DNA of 64,000 nucleotides from a virus (Duplodnaviria > Caudoviricetes). Position 1 is the first letter of the stretch. Each line of letters begins with the position of its first letter. The DNA lies in the IMG/VR virus record IMGVR_UViG_3300027852_000032, positions 64,001-128,000 of that record. One strand, given 5' to 3'. The translations under genes and the position numbers were made by a program. The notes beneath the pieces are model-generated. The model saw nothing but the letters and a program-made list of their open reading frames with translations. It had not been told where the DNA came from and ran no database searches. Positions 37,704-47,259 of this stretch are shown here, in pieces.

Positions 37704-38779
37704 TATTTCGCCCCCTTTAAAGCCTTTTTTACTGTTTGTTCACATAAAGGACATACTTCAGGCATTTGCAATTTAAACTCTTTCCTTTCTTTATCAGTCT
37801 CTTTCTTTCTTTTTTTAATTCTGTTTTCCAACAAAATTATTTTATGTATAATACCGGAAAAATCAAATTTCTCCTGCTCTTTTCTTTTGTAATCTTCCAA
37901 AATTACAATCAATTTATCATTTTGTTTTTTCGCAAGGGTCATTGCAAATAAACTACTTATTTTATCCTCGACAACAGAGATATTATCTACTGTTTTGAAA
38001 ATTGCATTAATAAGATCGTTTTTTTCATCAATAGAATCATCAAGATCAATTAGCTTCATTATTTTCTTTTCAAACAATAATGGTTTTTTCCTTTGCTCTA
38101 AATCTTCGTTTATTTCTTCTATTCTTTCGATATATCTTCTTAAAGTAAAAATTGAGCCAGTTATTTGATGAACATCTTTTTGCAGAGTTTCCAGTTTCAG
38201 TAAGATCTTATCCGCGGAAGACAACCATTGGTACTCTTTAAGCCCCTTTTTTTTATCAGCTATTGTATCTTCTATTCCTACTTTCAAGAGCCTTTCACTA
38301 TTCAACATAGCCGTCATCTCTGTTTGCGTCTTGTTGATCACATCTAACCGAACAGCTTTGTTAATTACTTTCCCAACGTCTCCCGCGGATTTACTCAATA
38401 AGAATGGAGCGTCCATCTGCCTTTGGATACTGACATCATTCATATTGATTATTTCTCCAACTTCTTCCGGTACCCCTGTTCCAAAAGCCTTAAACTCAAT
38501 ATCATCTTTAGAGTCACAAAAAACAGTATATAAACTCTCTTTTCCTTTTTTTCTTGAAACAATCTTATCCTCAACCTCTATGCAAACCTCCGTTTCTTCT
38601 CCCCAATAAGATATAAATGAATCTCCCCCAGGACGATTGAAAACAACCAAAGACAAAGCTCTCAAGAGAGCGCTTTTACCGCTATCACTTGCCCCAACGA
38701 TCACATTGACTTTAGGTGAAAATTTAAGCTCCGCTGACTTCCAGCTTTGAAAATCAGAAACCGTTAGCGTTTTAATCAT
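37703..38779 (-). CDS. SbcC/Rad50 N-terminal half (split ATPase)
   Basis: DFQSW, GASDSGKS Walker A, Q-loop QRQ, coiled coil ending in CPLC hook. Confidence 0.88.
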   Translation of the reverse strand: MIKTLTVSDFQSWKSAELKFSPKVNVIVGASDSGKSALLRALSLVVFNRPGGDSFISYWGEETEVCIEVEDKIVSRKKGKESLYTVFCDSKDDIEFKAFGTGVPEEVGEIINMNDVSIQRQMDAPFLLSKSAGDVGKVINKAVRLDVINKTQTEMTAMLNSERLLKVGIEDTIADKKKGLKEYQWLSSADKILLKLETLQKDVHQITGSIFTLRRYIERIEEINEDLEQRKKPLLFEKKIMKLIDLDDSIDEKNDLINAIFKTVDNISVVEDKISSLFAMTLAKKQNDKLIVILEDYKRKEQEKFDFSGIIHKIILLENRIKKRKKETDKERKEFKLQMPEVCPLCEQTVKKALKGAK

Positions 38780-39293
38780 TTTTCTTAGCCTTTATCTTTT
38801 CATCAATTATTTTCAAACATTCCTTAAATTCTTTGCTGATTTTCCCGCTCTTGGGGAACTCAGGTAACTTTTTTCTTTTCGGGAATATTTCAAAATAATA
38901 TTTCAAAATACGATTAAATTCTCTTTTCCCCAATTTTTTTGGCCTGGGGTTTTCATCAGGGTGGATAAACCTTCCTTTTATTGGTGGGTTCTCAATATAG
39001 TTCGCAAGGTTTCTCAACGCTTCTGGCAAGGAAATATTAAACTTATGCATCCCGTACCGAACAAAAGCGTTTGTAACCTTTCCTTCCCAGCTATTAGCTT
39101 GGGCATGTAAGACCCCCCGCAATAGACCTTTCCCTTCATCTCCTATCCTTTCTTTTTTTGTTTTATGTTTATGATCCATCACGGCTTTATCAAACGGTAT
39201 TTTTTGCCCTAAAATGGGGCATCTTTCTTTTTGCTTGCCCCATTGCGCCCGACGTAAAGCTTTCATTTCATCATAAGTAATTTTTCTATTCAC
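38772..39293 (-). CDS. Endonuclease VII-like Holliday junction resolvase
   Basis: Q...CPIL, MDHKH, GLLRGVLH..AN..EGK (T4 gp49-like). Confidence 0.85.
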   Translation of the reverse strand: MNRKITYDEMKALRRAQWGKQKERCPILGQKIPFDKAVMDHKHKTKKERIGDEGKGLLRGVLHAQANSWEGKVTNAFVRYGMHKFNISLPEALRNLANYIENPPIKGRFIHPDENPRPKKLGKREFNRILKYYFEIFPKRKKLPEFPKSGKISKEFKECLKIIDEKIKAKKND

Positions 39294-40405
39294 GAATATT
39301 TCCTTTTTCTTTTGAGTTTAATTTGGTCTTCAATTAGCAACCATGCCTCAGCCGTTATTCTCTGCAAATCTTTTTGCAAATCTTTTTCCTCAATCTCCCG
39401 AATTAGCTTTGTTTTTGTCTGAAGTAAATCAAGCCCTTTCGCTTGAATCATTGTTCCTTTTTTCTTCCAATATCCAGAAGAGACTAAAAAGTCAACGCAA
39501 CTGGAAAGATCATCTACCCCATAATCATAATAAATATCAAAGTTTACATCTCTTATCTTCCCTGTGATTTTATTTTTTTTCACGCTGGCTACTATTTTGT
39601 TCCCTGTTTTTCTTTTTAGTTTTTTCACCTCCTTTACAATCGAAGACAGCATATTCAGCCAAACTTGGTGAGAACTGTAAAAGTACGGAGCCATCCCTCC
39701 GCTGGTAGATTTTTTAGGACCAAACGAAACCCCTATTTTAGCCCTCTCTTGCTGAACGATAAATAACGCACTTTTACTATGCTTAATTTTACCATTTACC
39801 ATTCTTAGTGTTTCGCCAATAGCCTTCGCTTTTTCGGTCTTATAACTACCTTTTAACTCCTGGACAGCTTCAGGGGTTTTCGCCTTGACTAAAGCTTGGT
39901 TATATTCTCTCCTAAGCTCTTCATCACTTGTAAGGCTGTCCAAGCTATCTAAAATATAGATGCAAGGTCTTTCTTTTTCCATTCTTGTTAAAATACTTGC
40001 TTTGAAGTCTTGTATAGTTCCACTATGCAGGGGTTTTCCATTTTCATCTACTCCAGGAGGAGAAATTCTTTTTGATAAAGCTTCTCCAAAAAGATACTCG
40101 ATATTAAACCCATCAAAAGTCTCTTCTCCGTCATCATAAATGAAGTCGTAATCATCAAACCTCTTGTTTCTGGCGCATTCAGCTAGCATAGTTAGCATCA
40201 ACATTGTTTTTCCACTGGCCGATCCTCCAGGAAGGGTCACGATCCTGCCCAACACGAACGCTCCTGAAGGGTCATCTGAACATGCTAAATTCAACATCGT
40301 GCTACCAGAAGGAATAAGCTCGTCTTTCTCTGCCTTTTTTTTTACTTTCTTTTTTGCTAATGCCTCTATTTGCTGAGACAAAAGACTACTTTTCCTTCTC
40401 ATCAA
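39290..40405 (-). CDS. RecA/UvsX-like recombinase
   Basis: IPSGS..LN, GGSASGKT, ILDSLDSL, SGG.AP.FYSS, KNKI, YGVD. Confidence 0.92.
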   Translation of the reverse strand: MMRRKSSLLSQQIEALAKKKVKKKAEKDELIPSGSTMLNLACSDDPSGAFVLGRIVTLPGGSASGKTMLMLTMLAECARNKRFDDYDFIYDDGEETFDGFNIEYLFGEALSKRISPPGVDENGKPLHSGTIQDFKASILTRMEKERPCIYILDSLDSLTSDEELRREYNQALVKAKTPEAVQELKGSYKTEKAKAIGETLRMVNGKIKHSKSALFIVQQERAKIGVSFGPKKSTSGGMAPYFYSSHQVWLNMLSSIVKEVKKLKRKTGNKIVASVKKNKITGKIRDVNFDIYYDYGVDDLSSCVDFLVSSGYWKKKGTMIQAKGLDLLQTKTKLIREIEEKDLQKDLQRITAEAWLLIEDQIKLKRKRKYS

Positions 40406-40583
40406 CGTTTCCTTCTTCTAACATTCTAAGTAACAATTTTTCATCAATTCTCCACCTACCTCCAATCTTAATTCCAATTTTATAAATTTTCGCCCATTTG
40501 ATGATTGATGGCAATGACACGGGGATCGTTTTTTTACTTTCACAAACCTTCAAAGCCTCTGTGGTAGAAATCATTTTTTTCAT
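40386..40583 (-). CDS. Excisionase/MerR-like HTH protein
   Basis: ST.EA...SII.W......KIGGRWRI. Confidence 0.65.
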   Translation of the reverse strand: MKKMISTTEALKVCESKKTIPVSLPSIIKWAKIYKIGIKIGGRWRIDEKLLLRMLEEGNVDEKEK

Positions 40584-40628
40584 TAGTTTCTCTTTTTTTT
40601 GAATAACGTTCTAAGTCGTTTTTCTTTT

Positions 40629-41960
40629 TTAATTTTCTTTAGACCCTTTCCTCGCCCTTGATCTTGTTTTTGGTTTTTCTTTTTCTTTTTCTTCGGTTTT
40701 TGCCTTTGATCTTGATCTTGTTTTTGGTTTTTCTTCGGTTTTTGCCTTTGACCTTGATCTTGTTTTTGGTTTTTCTTTTTCTTCGGTTTTTGCCTTTGAT
40801 CTTGTTTTTGCCTTTGATCTTGATCTTGTTTTTGGTTTTTCTTCGGTTTTTGCCTTTGATCTTGATCTTGTTTTTGGTTTTTCTTCGGTTTTTGCTTTTT
40901 TCATTTCATCCTGCTTCTCAACACAGCGTTGAAAAATTTCTTCCTCGCAATTTTCGCAATCCCGAGAATCAAGATCACAGCCTGCACCAAATTCATTACC
41001 TACAGGGCAAATATCGTCTGATTCACTTTCCCAAGGACCATCACCCTCCTGCTCCTGATCACAGCCTGCACCAAATTCATCACCTTCCTGCCCATCATCT
41101 GATCCACTTTCCCAAGGGTCACCACCCTCCTGCTCCTGATCATCGCCGGGACCATCACCTTCCTGCCCACCGTCTGGGTCCATGCCAAGATGGGCTCTTG
41201 CAATTTCCTCATAAGTCGAAATAACCATCATTTTATCTAAAGGATAGACTTTGTCCAGTATGCTCTCTTCGTACTGATCTCTTTCTTTAAACGAAATTGA
41301 ATGATATTCAATAAAGGTATTTTTACCCAATCTTTTCTCACGCCCCTTGAACTCGACACTGGAGCCCATTTCCAAGTCGCTAAAGGTAATAATACCTTCG
41401 TCATCTGTTTCCATCGCTTCTTGCAGGATTTCTTCAAAAAGGTAATAAGAAACATCTTCCCATAATTGGACGGGATCTCCTTCCCCTTCGTAGTCGTAAA
41501 CATTATAAAAACATCTCCAGCTCGCTTTTAAGGAGTCAACCTTCTCTTTATCTTGCTCGCTTTTTTCTTTGTCCCATTCAGCATATAACTCTTCGCAAAT
41601 AGGACATTTTTTCCCGAAAGCCATTCTGGGGCATACGAAAATATCGTTGTTTTCTCCTATGTTACGATGAATAGGAATCTCAAGCTTATAATCCGTAAAC
41701 CCGACATCAAGCCCAATTACACTGCCTGAAACACTCTTCAAATCCTTATACCATTCTTGGGTAATCTCAAAAGGAAGAATATCAATATAATTCACCTCTC
41801 TTCCTGAGCCCGGCTCGTACCTAATTATTTTCCTATCACCCGCTTTTGAAAAATCTAAGGCTGATTTCCTCCCTAATCCTTTTTGACCTCTTTCTGTTAC
41901 CCCTTTTTTAGTCCTGTTCTTAAGAGCCTCTCTTCTTTGGGCTGCTGATACTCTTGGCAT
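40629..41960 (-). CDS. T4 gp32-like single-stranded DNA-binding protein with repetitive C-terminal extension
   Basis: IDILPF, H...G......CP......CPICE zinc motif, YNV; located among recombination genes. Confidence 0.7.
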   Translation of the reverse strand: MPRVSAAQRREALKNRTKKGVTERGQKGLGRKSALDFSKAGDRKIIRYEPGSGREVNYIDILPFEITQEWYKDLKSVSGSVIGLDVGFTDYKLEIPIHRNIGENNDIFVCPRMAFGKKCPICEELYAEWDKEKSEQDKEKVDSLKASWRCFYNVYDYEGEGDPVQLWEDVSYYLFEEILQEAMETDDEGIITFSDLEMGSSVEFKGREKRLGKNTFIEYHSISFKERDQYEESILDKVYPLDKMMVISTYEEIARAHLGMDPDGGQEGDGPGDDQEQEGGDPWESGSDDGQEGDEFGAGCDQEQEGDGPWESESDDICPVGNEFGAGCDLDSRDCENCEEEIFQRCVEKQDEMKKAKTEEKPKTRSRSKAKTEEKPKTRSRSKAKTRSKAKTEEKEKPKTRSRSKAKTEEKPKTRSRSKAKTEEKEKEKPKTRSRARKGSKEN

Positions 41961-42090
41961 GTTCTCTCCTCTTTATCTCAAAAAACGTCTTAATAAAAAT
42001 AACCGAAAAAATTCTTGCGACAATAGAAAATAATAAAAAAAATAAGGCTACTATCAAAAAACATTGCGATATCTGTATGAGTAATCCCAT
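41920..42090 (-). CDS. Small membrane protein (56 aa, below ORF-track cut-off)
   Basis: MGLLIQISQCFLIVALFFLLFSIVARIFSVIFIK..., read manually; fills the gap between genes. Confidence 0.45.
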   Translation of the reverse strand: MGLLIQISQCFLIVALFFLLFSIVARIFSVIFIKTFFEIKRREHAKSISSPKKRGS

Positions 42091-42100
42091 ATATATCTCT

Positions 42101-42637
42101 TTATTTTTTCTTTTTCTTTTTGTTCATAGCTGCTCTCACTGCTTTTGTATTTTCATCTTTGTTTTTGGCCCCGATACTCTTTTTCGGATCAATCTGTTTT
42201 TTCTCTACAGGAACAGAAAAATAATCCGCCAGCCACAATTTAACTTCATTTTCAAGTGCAGTTTTTCTATCATCGAAAGCTTGTACGGCATTTTTTGCCA
42301 TACTCAAATCGTACTCATCACTAATCAATTCATTTTGCAAAAAAGATAATTCTTTTTTTGCAGAAGAATCTTCTGACAAACCAGCCACCACCGCTTCTAT
42401 CTGCTGCATCGTGTACTTTGGGAACCTCTCTTTGGCTTGTAAAATGAACCTTGAAAGTTCATCCGTCACTGCGGATTTCTTTAAACCAATTGATAATTTT
42501 TTCTGTTTGCAAACTTTATCAAGATGAGAAACCTCGGCAGCGTATTTATACCTGAAAGACGCATGGTTTTTCCACTCTTCTTGTAAATCATCAAGGTCTA
42601 TTTTCATTTCTTCTTCAAAATTAAATTTTTTTTCCAT
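42101..42637 (-). CDS. UvsY-like recombination mediator
   Basis: ID..DL.EEW, helical coiled coil, RK.ALEN.V.L...YFS; next to SSB and RecA. Confidence 0.55.
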   Translation of the reverse strand: MEKKFNFEEEMKIDLDDLQEEWKNHASFRYKYAAEVSHLDKVCKQKKLSIGLKKSAVTDELSRFILQAKERFPKYTMQQIEAVVAGLSEDSSAKKELSFLQNELISDEYDLSMAKNAVQAFDDRKTALENEVKLWLADYFSVPVEKKQIDPKKSIGAKNKDENTKAVRAAMNKKKKKK

Positions 42638-42683
42638 TTTTCTTTCCTTTTCTTTTTAAATCTCAAATAGAGGGTTTCATAAA

Positions 42684-42784
42684 TAAATTAAATACTCGCC
42701 TCATTAAAGATCCTCTATCAAGACGGGAGGATCTTTAACGAATCAATGTCATCGTACCTCTTTTCAAATTGAATGGGCTTTAAC
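42684..42784 (+). repeat. Dispersed ~100-nt repeat, copy A
   Basis: Shares TAAAGATC...GATCT.TAA...TCAATGTCATCGTAC...AAATT.AA.GGGCTT with copies at 55.9 and 58.6 kb. Confidence 0.9.
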
Positions 42785-42797
42785 AGTATATTAAGCT

Positions 42798-43733
42798 CTA
42801 TTCTAAAGATTGATATGTTGCCAGAACAATCCCGGGCATACCTGAGTAAAATGAAGGCTCTTTAAAAAGATCGATAATTAATGCGGCTTGAGGATCCCCT
42901 CCGTTCAACAAGACGGCGGACATATACCCTAAAATGGCTCTCCTGAACTTTTCAGGATCAGTTCCCTTCAGCTTTTTCAAAATTGAAGACGCTTTTTTCC
43001 AACTGGAACCTTTGAGCATTGCTTGACAAAGTTCTCTCACATCTTTTTCTTCTACCTTTGCATTTTTAACCGCACCGAGCATCTCTTCTTCAGGAAGATC
43101 AATGACCTGATCTAACGTCACTAATGCTTGCCGAGGGCAGCCATCAGAAACCTCAACAATTTCATCTTTTACATCATCAGGTATACCAACGTCCTCTTCT
43201 GTCGAAACCCAATTTAATAGCTGATAAAGCCCTTTATCGTTTACATTCTCAACCTCAAAAGTAGAGCACCTGTTAAGGATCGTCTTGAGCAATTTCTCTG
43301 GCTCAGTCGTGCAAAGAAGGAAGTATGTGTGTTCGGGGGAATCCTCTAACGCTTTAAGCAACGAATTTTGAAAATCTTTTGTTGCTTGATGAACTTCATC
43401 AAGGAGCCAAACTCTACACTCAGAAATCGCAGGATGATAATGCATTGTTTGCATTATTGATCTGGCGGTATCTATCCCTCTGTTGTTACTTGCGTTAATC
43501 TCGATAAAGTCCCCGTTTGGCTCATCATTAATCTTTTCGGGGCAGCCTAATTTTTCGGCAACTATCCTTGCTAACGTTGTTTTCCCGCACCCGCTCTGGC
43601 CTGAAAATAACATAGCGTGAGGAATATTTTCTTTTTCCCGAGACAGAATAGATTTCAAACTTGAGATAACGCCTTTATTTCCAATGACCTCTTCAAAACT
43701 TTGGGGTCTGTAATCTATATGTAAACTTCCCAT
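42798..43733 (-). CDS. Clamp loader, DnaX (gamma/tau)-like AAA+ ATPase
   Basis: YRPQSFEEVIG, GQSGCGKTT, LDEVH, NSLLKALE, TILNRC, GCPR. Confidence 0.92.
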   Translation of the reverse strand: MGSLHIDYRPQSFEEVIGNKGVISSLKSILSREKENIPHAMLFSGQSGCGKTTLARIVAEKLGCPEKINDEPNGDFIEINASNNRGIDTARSIMQTMHYHPAISECRVWLLDEVHQATKDFQNSLLKALEDSPEHTYFLLCTTEPEKLLKTILNRCSTFEVENVNDKGLYQLLNWVSTEEDVGIPDDVKDEIVEVSDGCPRQALVTLDQVIDLPEEEMLGAVKNAKVEEKDVRELCQAMLKGSSWKKASSILKKLKGTDPEKFRRAILGYMSAVLLNGGDPQAALIIDLFKEPSFYSGMPGIVLATYQSLE

Positions 43734-43737
43734 ATTT

Positions 43738-46700
43738 TTATTTCCTTTTTTCCAATAAACTCACTTTATTTACGAAGTTTTCAATCCCTTTTTGAAAAGG
43801 AATTGAATTGTCTTTTTTACTTTTCAAAACAAAAGAGGGATCGACGCACCAACAACACCAAGCCCCGATGCTTTCCACCCATTCTGTTTCCCCACTCATC
43901 TCTAAAATTCCCTCTTTTCGCCCTGTTAAAGAGTAAAGAGCCGTATCTCCGCAAGCAAGAATAATTCTGGATTGTATTTTTCTCGATTCTTCGTGCAACC
44001 AACGATGACACGAATCAATTTCAAAATGAGTTGGTTTTTTTGTTTGGCTCGGCCAGCAACGGCAACAATGGGTAATATGAAAAAACCTTCGAGAATAACC
44101 ATACTTTTTTAATTCTTTCCATAACAAATCTCCCGCCCGACCAACACCCCCTTTTTTCTCTTCGTCCTCAATTCTTCCCGGGAACCCTAACAGTATTATT
44201 GCATTATATACTCCCAAAGAAGATAAGATCGCTCTATTTTTTACATATTTTCTTAAATCACAATTATTGCAACGGAAAACCTTATCTTCAACCCTAAATC
44301 TTTTTCTTTTAATGAGGTTATCGGGAATTTCAGATGACTCAAGATTTAAACTTGCAAAATCAGGTAAATCCTTTAAAGAAATATTCTCCTCAAACAATTC
44401 TACTAACTGTGAATATTTTTCAATTTTACTTCCTTGCAAATCAATATGAGGGAAATATTTACTCAGAACAGATACAGGTAAAATCGCATCTATTTCATCA
44501 ACACATAAATCTAATAATATTTCATCAAATCGTGTGTTTGAAGTTTCTTTTACGACCTGACTTTTAAAAAAACCTTGGAGCCTATTTTTTCTAACAGGCT
44601 CTAAACACTTAGAGGCATTATTTTCCCCGATCCCATTAATTTCAATAAATGGGATATATAGGGTACCCCCTATAAACCTCCATTCTTTTGCATTTGAAAA
44701 ATTCCTTTTAGGGGTAATAATCATATACCCCTGTTGTCTGACCTCAGATAACAAAGAATTTTTATGTTTGTTTGGATCAGTTGCCTTTTCATTCCATTCT
44801 CCATATGTAAGGCTTGCAGCAAAAAATTCTTTTTCGTAATGTGTTTTAAGATATGCCGTTTGATACGCAATTAAAGCGTATGCAGTCGCATGACTTTTAT
44901 TAAACCCATAACTTGACCATTTTAAAAGACCCTCCCAAAACTCCTCCGCCTCCTTTTGGGAGAAAGTTTTCATCTTCCTGCACCCCTGCGAAAATTGCTC
45001 CCAAAACGGTTTAAACTCTTTTGGGTCTCTTTTTTTGCCGATGACCTTTCGAATTTTATCGGCTATTGATTCGCTCAGCCCTGCTACTCTAGAAATAACT
45101 TGCATAACTTGTTCTTGGTACACCAGCAATCCATATGTTTCTTTTGTTACCTCCTCATAAATAGGATGTAAAGGTTTCCATTTTTGCCCATGCTTTCTTT
45201 TTACATATTCTTCTGTCATTCCACTATCGGTCGGTCCTGGCCGAGCTAAAGCAATTCCTGCGACAATATCCATAAATGAATGTATTTCCATTTTTTTGCA
45301 AAGTTCGGTGCAGGAACGCCCCGACAATTGGAACATGCCTGAAGTTTTTCCAGATGTAATTTTATCAAAGGTTTCTTTATCTTCTATCGGAATTTTATCA
45401 AAAGAGAACTCAATTTGTTTGTAATCTTTATATTTTTCTTCGAACTCAACTTCCATAATTTTCAAAATCAAATAACGCCCTGTTACAGGATCTTGAAAAA
45501 GGCCAGTTGAACTACAATCATCGTTAATGAGTCGGCGGCATTCCGACAAAACGGAAAGGGTTGAAAGTCCAAGTATGTCTAATTTCATCAACCCCATGTA
45601 CTCGCTATCTTCCATATCCCAATTACAAACAATTCTATCATTTCTTTTGACCAAAACACATTTTCCTGCGGTCGTTAAATCCTCTTTTGAAACAACAACG
45701 GCGGCAGCATGGGCACCTGCACCTCTTATTTGCCCCTCCATTTTCAATATCAAGCGAACTACTTTCGGGTATTTTGCAGCGAAATATCTACCTTCCTCTG
45801 TATTATCGATGGAAGATTGGATAGCGCTACCCTCAATATGTTCTCCCTTTCTTATTGAGTTCGCGAAAAAATTGGTATCTTTTTGGGAAACCTCCATCAC
45901 CCTGCAAACATCTCTAATTGCCGCTCTGGACTGCATCCTCATAACTGTTGAAATACCACAGGTATTATTTTTTCCGTAAACCTCTTTTATTCGAAGAATG
46001 ACCTCTTTTCTATACCTCTTCTCAAAGTCAATATCAATATCAGGCCAGTCCCCTCGATCTTCAGAAATAAACCGGCTAAAAGACAGGCCGAACACAATTG
46101 GGTCAACTTGAGTGATTCCGAGAAGATAAGCGATAAGTGACCCCCCTACACTGCCTCTGCCCGGTCCGACCATTATCCCTTTTTTTCTCGACCAGTCAAT
46201 TAAATCGTGGACAATAAGGAAATATCTTTCAAACTTTTTCTCCGTAATTAATTTGAGCTCTTGGGAATATCTTTTTTGGTACTCAGCAGAAAAGACCTCT
46301 GTTCCAAATATTTTTAGATATCCTTGCGTACACAAATCACCTAACACTTTTTTTTCACTCTGCTTTTGAATTCCTGGAGGTTTTGGCAAAGATATTTCTT
46401 TTTCCGAAAGTTTAAATTTAGAACATTGTTCAGCAATCTTTATCGTGTTTTTCATTGCTTGAATCGCGGTATCTTTTGACCAATCTTTTTGATCTTCAAA
46501 AGCCTGTAACATCTCACCCGCTGTCCTCAAATGAAGACCTTTAAACCCAAAAGACCATCTTGCGGGATCTTTCCATTTCGCCCTTCTATTGATCGCGAGT
46601 AACATATCTTGTGATTCCCATTCATCTTCTTTTGTATAATGACAATCATTCGTCGCGATGAAAGGAATATTTTTGTATTTTTTAGCCAATTTCTTTATTT

Positions 46701-47232
46701 TACTATGAATGTCTTTTTGCGATGGAATATTATGTGGCATTATTTCAAAATAAACATCCGTTTTTTTATCCAATTCTTTTAACAGGTCTTCTGCCCCAGG
46801 CAAATTCAAGAATGATCCTGAACAAGCAGTAGAAATAATCAACCCCGACAAATCAGAATTCAAAAGCAGATTATAATCAATTCTGGGGGAATAATAAAAA
46901 CCGGATAAATTCGCTTCCGTCAAGAGAGAGCAAAGGGTTTTCCATCCGTCTTCGTTTGCAACAAACAAGCTGATGTGTCCTTTTTTTTCTTTTTGCTTAA
47001 TATGTCTGTCAGGAACGATATAGGCTTCACACCCTAAAACATGATTAATATTTTGTTTTTCGCATTCTTTTTGCCATTGCAAAAGGCCATCAATATTCCC
47101 ATGATTTGTTAACCCTATATATTGAAAACCAAGATCCTTTGCTTCCTTTATATATTTTTGCGAAGATCCGTACCCGTCAAGATGCGAATGCTCTGAGTGT
47201 AAATGCAAATGTGCAAAATCTTTGTTATTCAC
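43738..47232 (-). CDS. dnaE: DNA polymerase III alpha subunit fused to a C-terminal family-4 UDG-like domain
   Basis: PHP motif HLHLHSEHS.LDG; GPGRGS.GGS; PDIDID; KLDILG; YQEQVM; YGFNKSHA. C-terminal CNNC...CCRC.P...C domain. Confidence 0.93.
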   Translation of the reverse strand: MNNKDFAHLHLHSEHSHLDGYGSSQKYIKEAKDLGFQYIGLTNHGNIDGLLQWQKECEKQNINHVLGCEAYIVPDRHIKQKEKKGHISLFVANEDGWKTLCSLLTEANLSGFYYSPRIDYNLLLNSDLSGLIISTACSGSFLNLPGAEDLLKELDKKTDVYFEIMPHNIPSQKDIHSKIKKLAKKYKNIPFIATNDCHYTKEDEWESQDMLLAINRRAKWKDPARWSFGFKGLHLRTAGEMLQAFEDQKDWSKDTAIQAMKNTIKIAEQCSKFKLSEKEISLPKPPGIQKQSEKKVLGDLCTQGYLKIFGTEVFSAEYQKRYSQELKLITEKKFERYFLIVHDLIDWSRKKGIMVGPGRGSVGGSLIAYLLGITQVDPIVFGLSFSRFISEDRGDWPDIDIDFEKRYRKEVILRIKEVYGKNNTCGISTVMRMQSRAAIRDVCRVMEVSQKDTNFFANSIRKGEHIEGSAIQSSIDNTEEGRYFAAKYPKVVRLILKMEGQIRGAGAHAAAVVVSKEDLTTAGKCVLVKRNDRIVCNWDMEDSEYMGLMKLDILGLSTLSVLSECRRLINDDCSSTGLFQDPVTGRYLILKIMEVEFEEKYKDYKQIEFSFDKIPIEDKETFDKITSGKTSGMFQLSGRSCTELCKKMEIHSFMDIVAGIALARPGPTDSGMTEEYVKRKHGQKWKPLHPIYEEVTKETYGLLVYQEQVMQVISRVAGLSESIADKIRKVIGKKRDPKEFKPFWEQFSQGCRKMKTFSQKEAEEFWEGLLKWSSYGFNKSHATAYALIAYQTAYLKTHYEKEFFAASLTYGEWNEKATDPNKHKNSLLSEVRQQGYMIITPKRNFSNAKEWRFIGGTLYIPFIEINGIGENNASKCLEPVRKNRLQGFFKSQVVKETSNTRFDEILLDLCVDEIDAILPVSVLSKYFPHIDLQGSKIEKYSQLVELFEENISLKDLPDFASLNLESSEIPDNLIKRKRFRVEDKVFRCNNCDLRKYVKNRAILSSLGVYNAIILLGFPGRIEDEEKKGGVGRAGDLLWKELKKYGYSRRFFHITHCCRCWPSQTKKPTHFEIDSCHRWLHEESRKIQSRIILACGDTALYSLTGRKEGILEMSGETEWVESIGAWCCWCVDPSFVLKSKKDNSIPFQKGIENFVNKVSLLEKRK

Positions 47233-47259
47233 GAATTACCCCTCATAGTTCAAAAATTA

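Noticed and set aside
40386-40583. Evidence of a temperate lifestyle from the excisionase-like HTH
   Set aside because: No integrase, repressor or att site was found in the window; such HTH proteins are common in lytic phages.
40658-41224. 188-aa hydrophobic + strand ORF (also 51416..51826 and 51444..51701)
   Set aside because: These are antisense shadows of low-complexity repeats in real - strand genes.
45380-45530. Intein in DnaE (insertion after ECRRLIN)
   Set aside because: Only ~40 aa and lacks the C-terminal HN-C/S/T splice motif.
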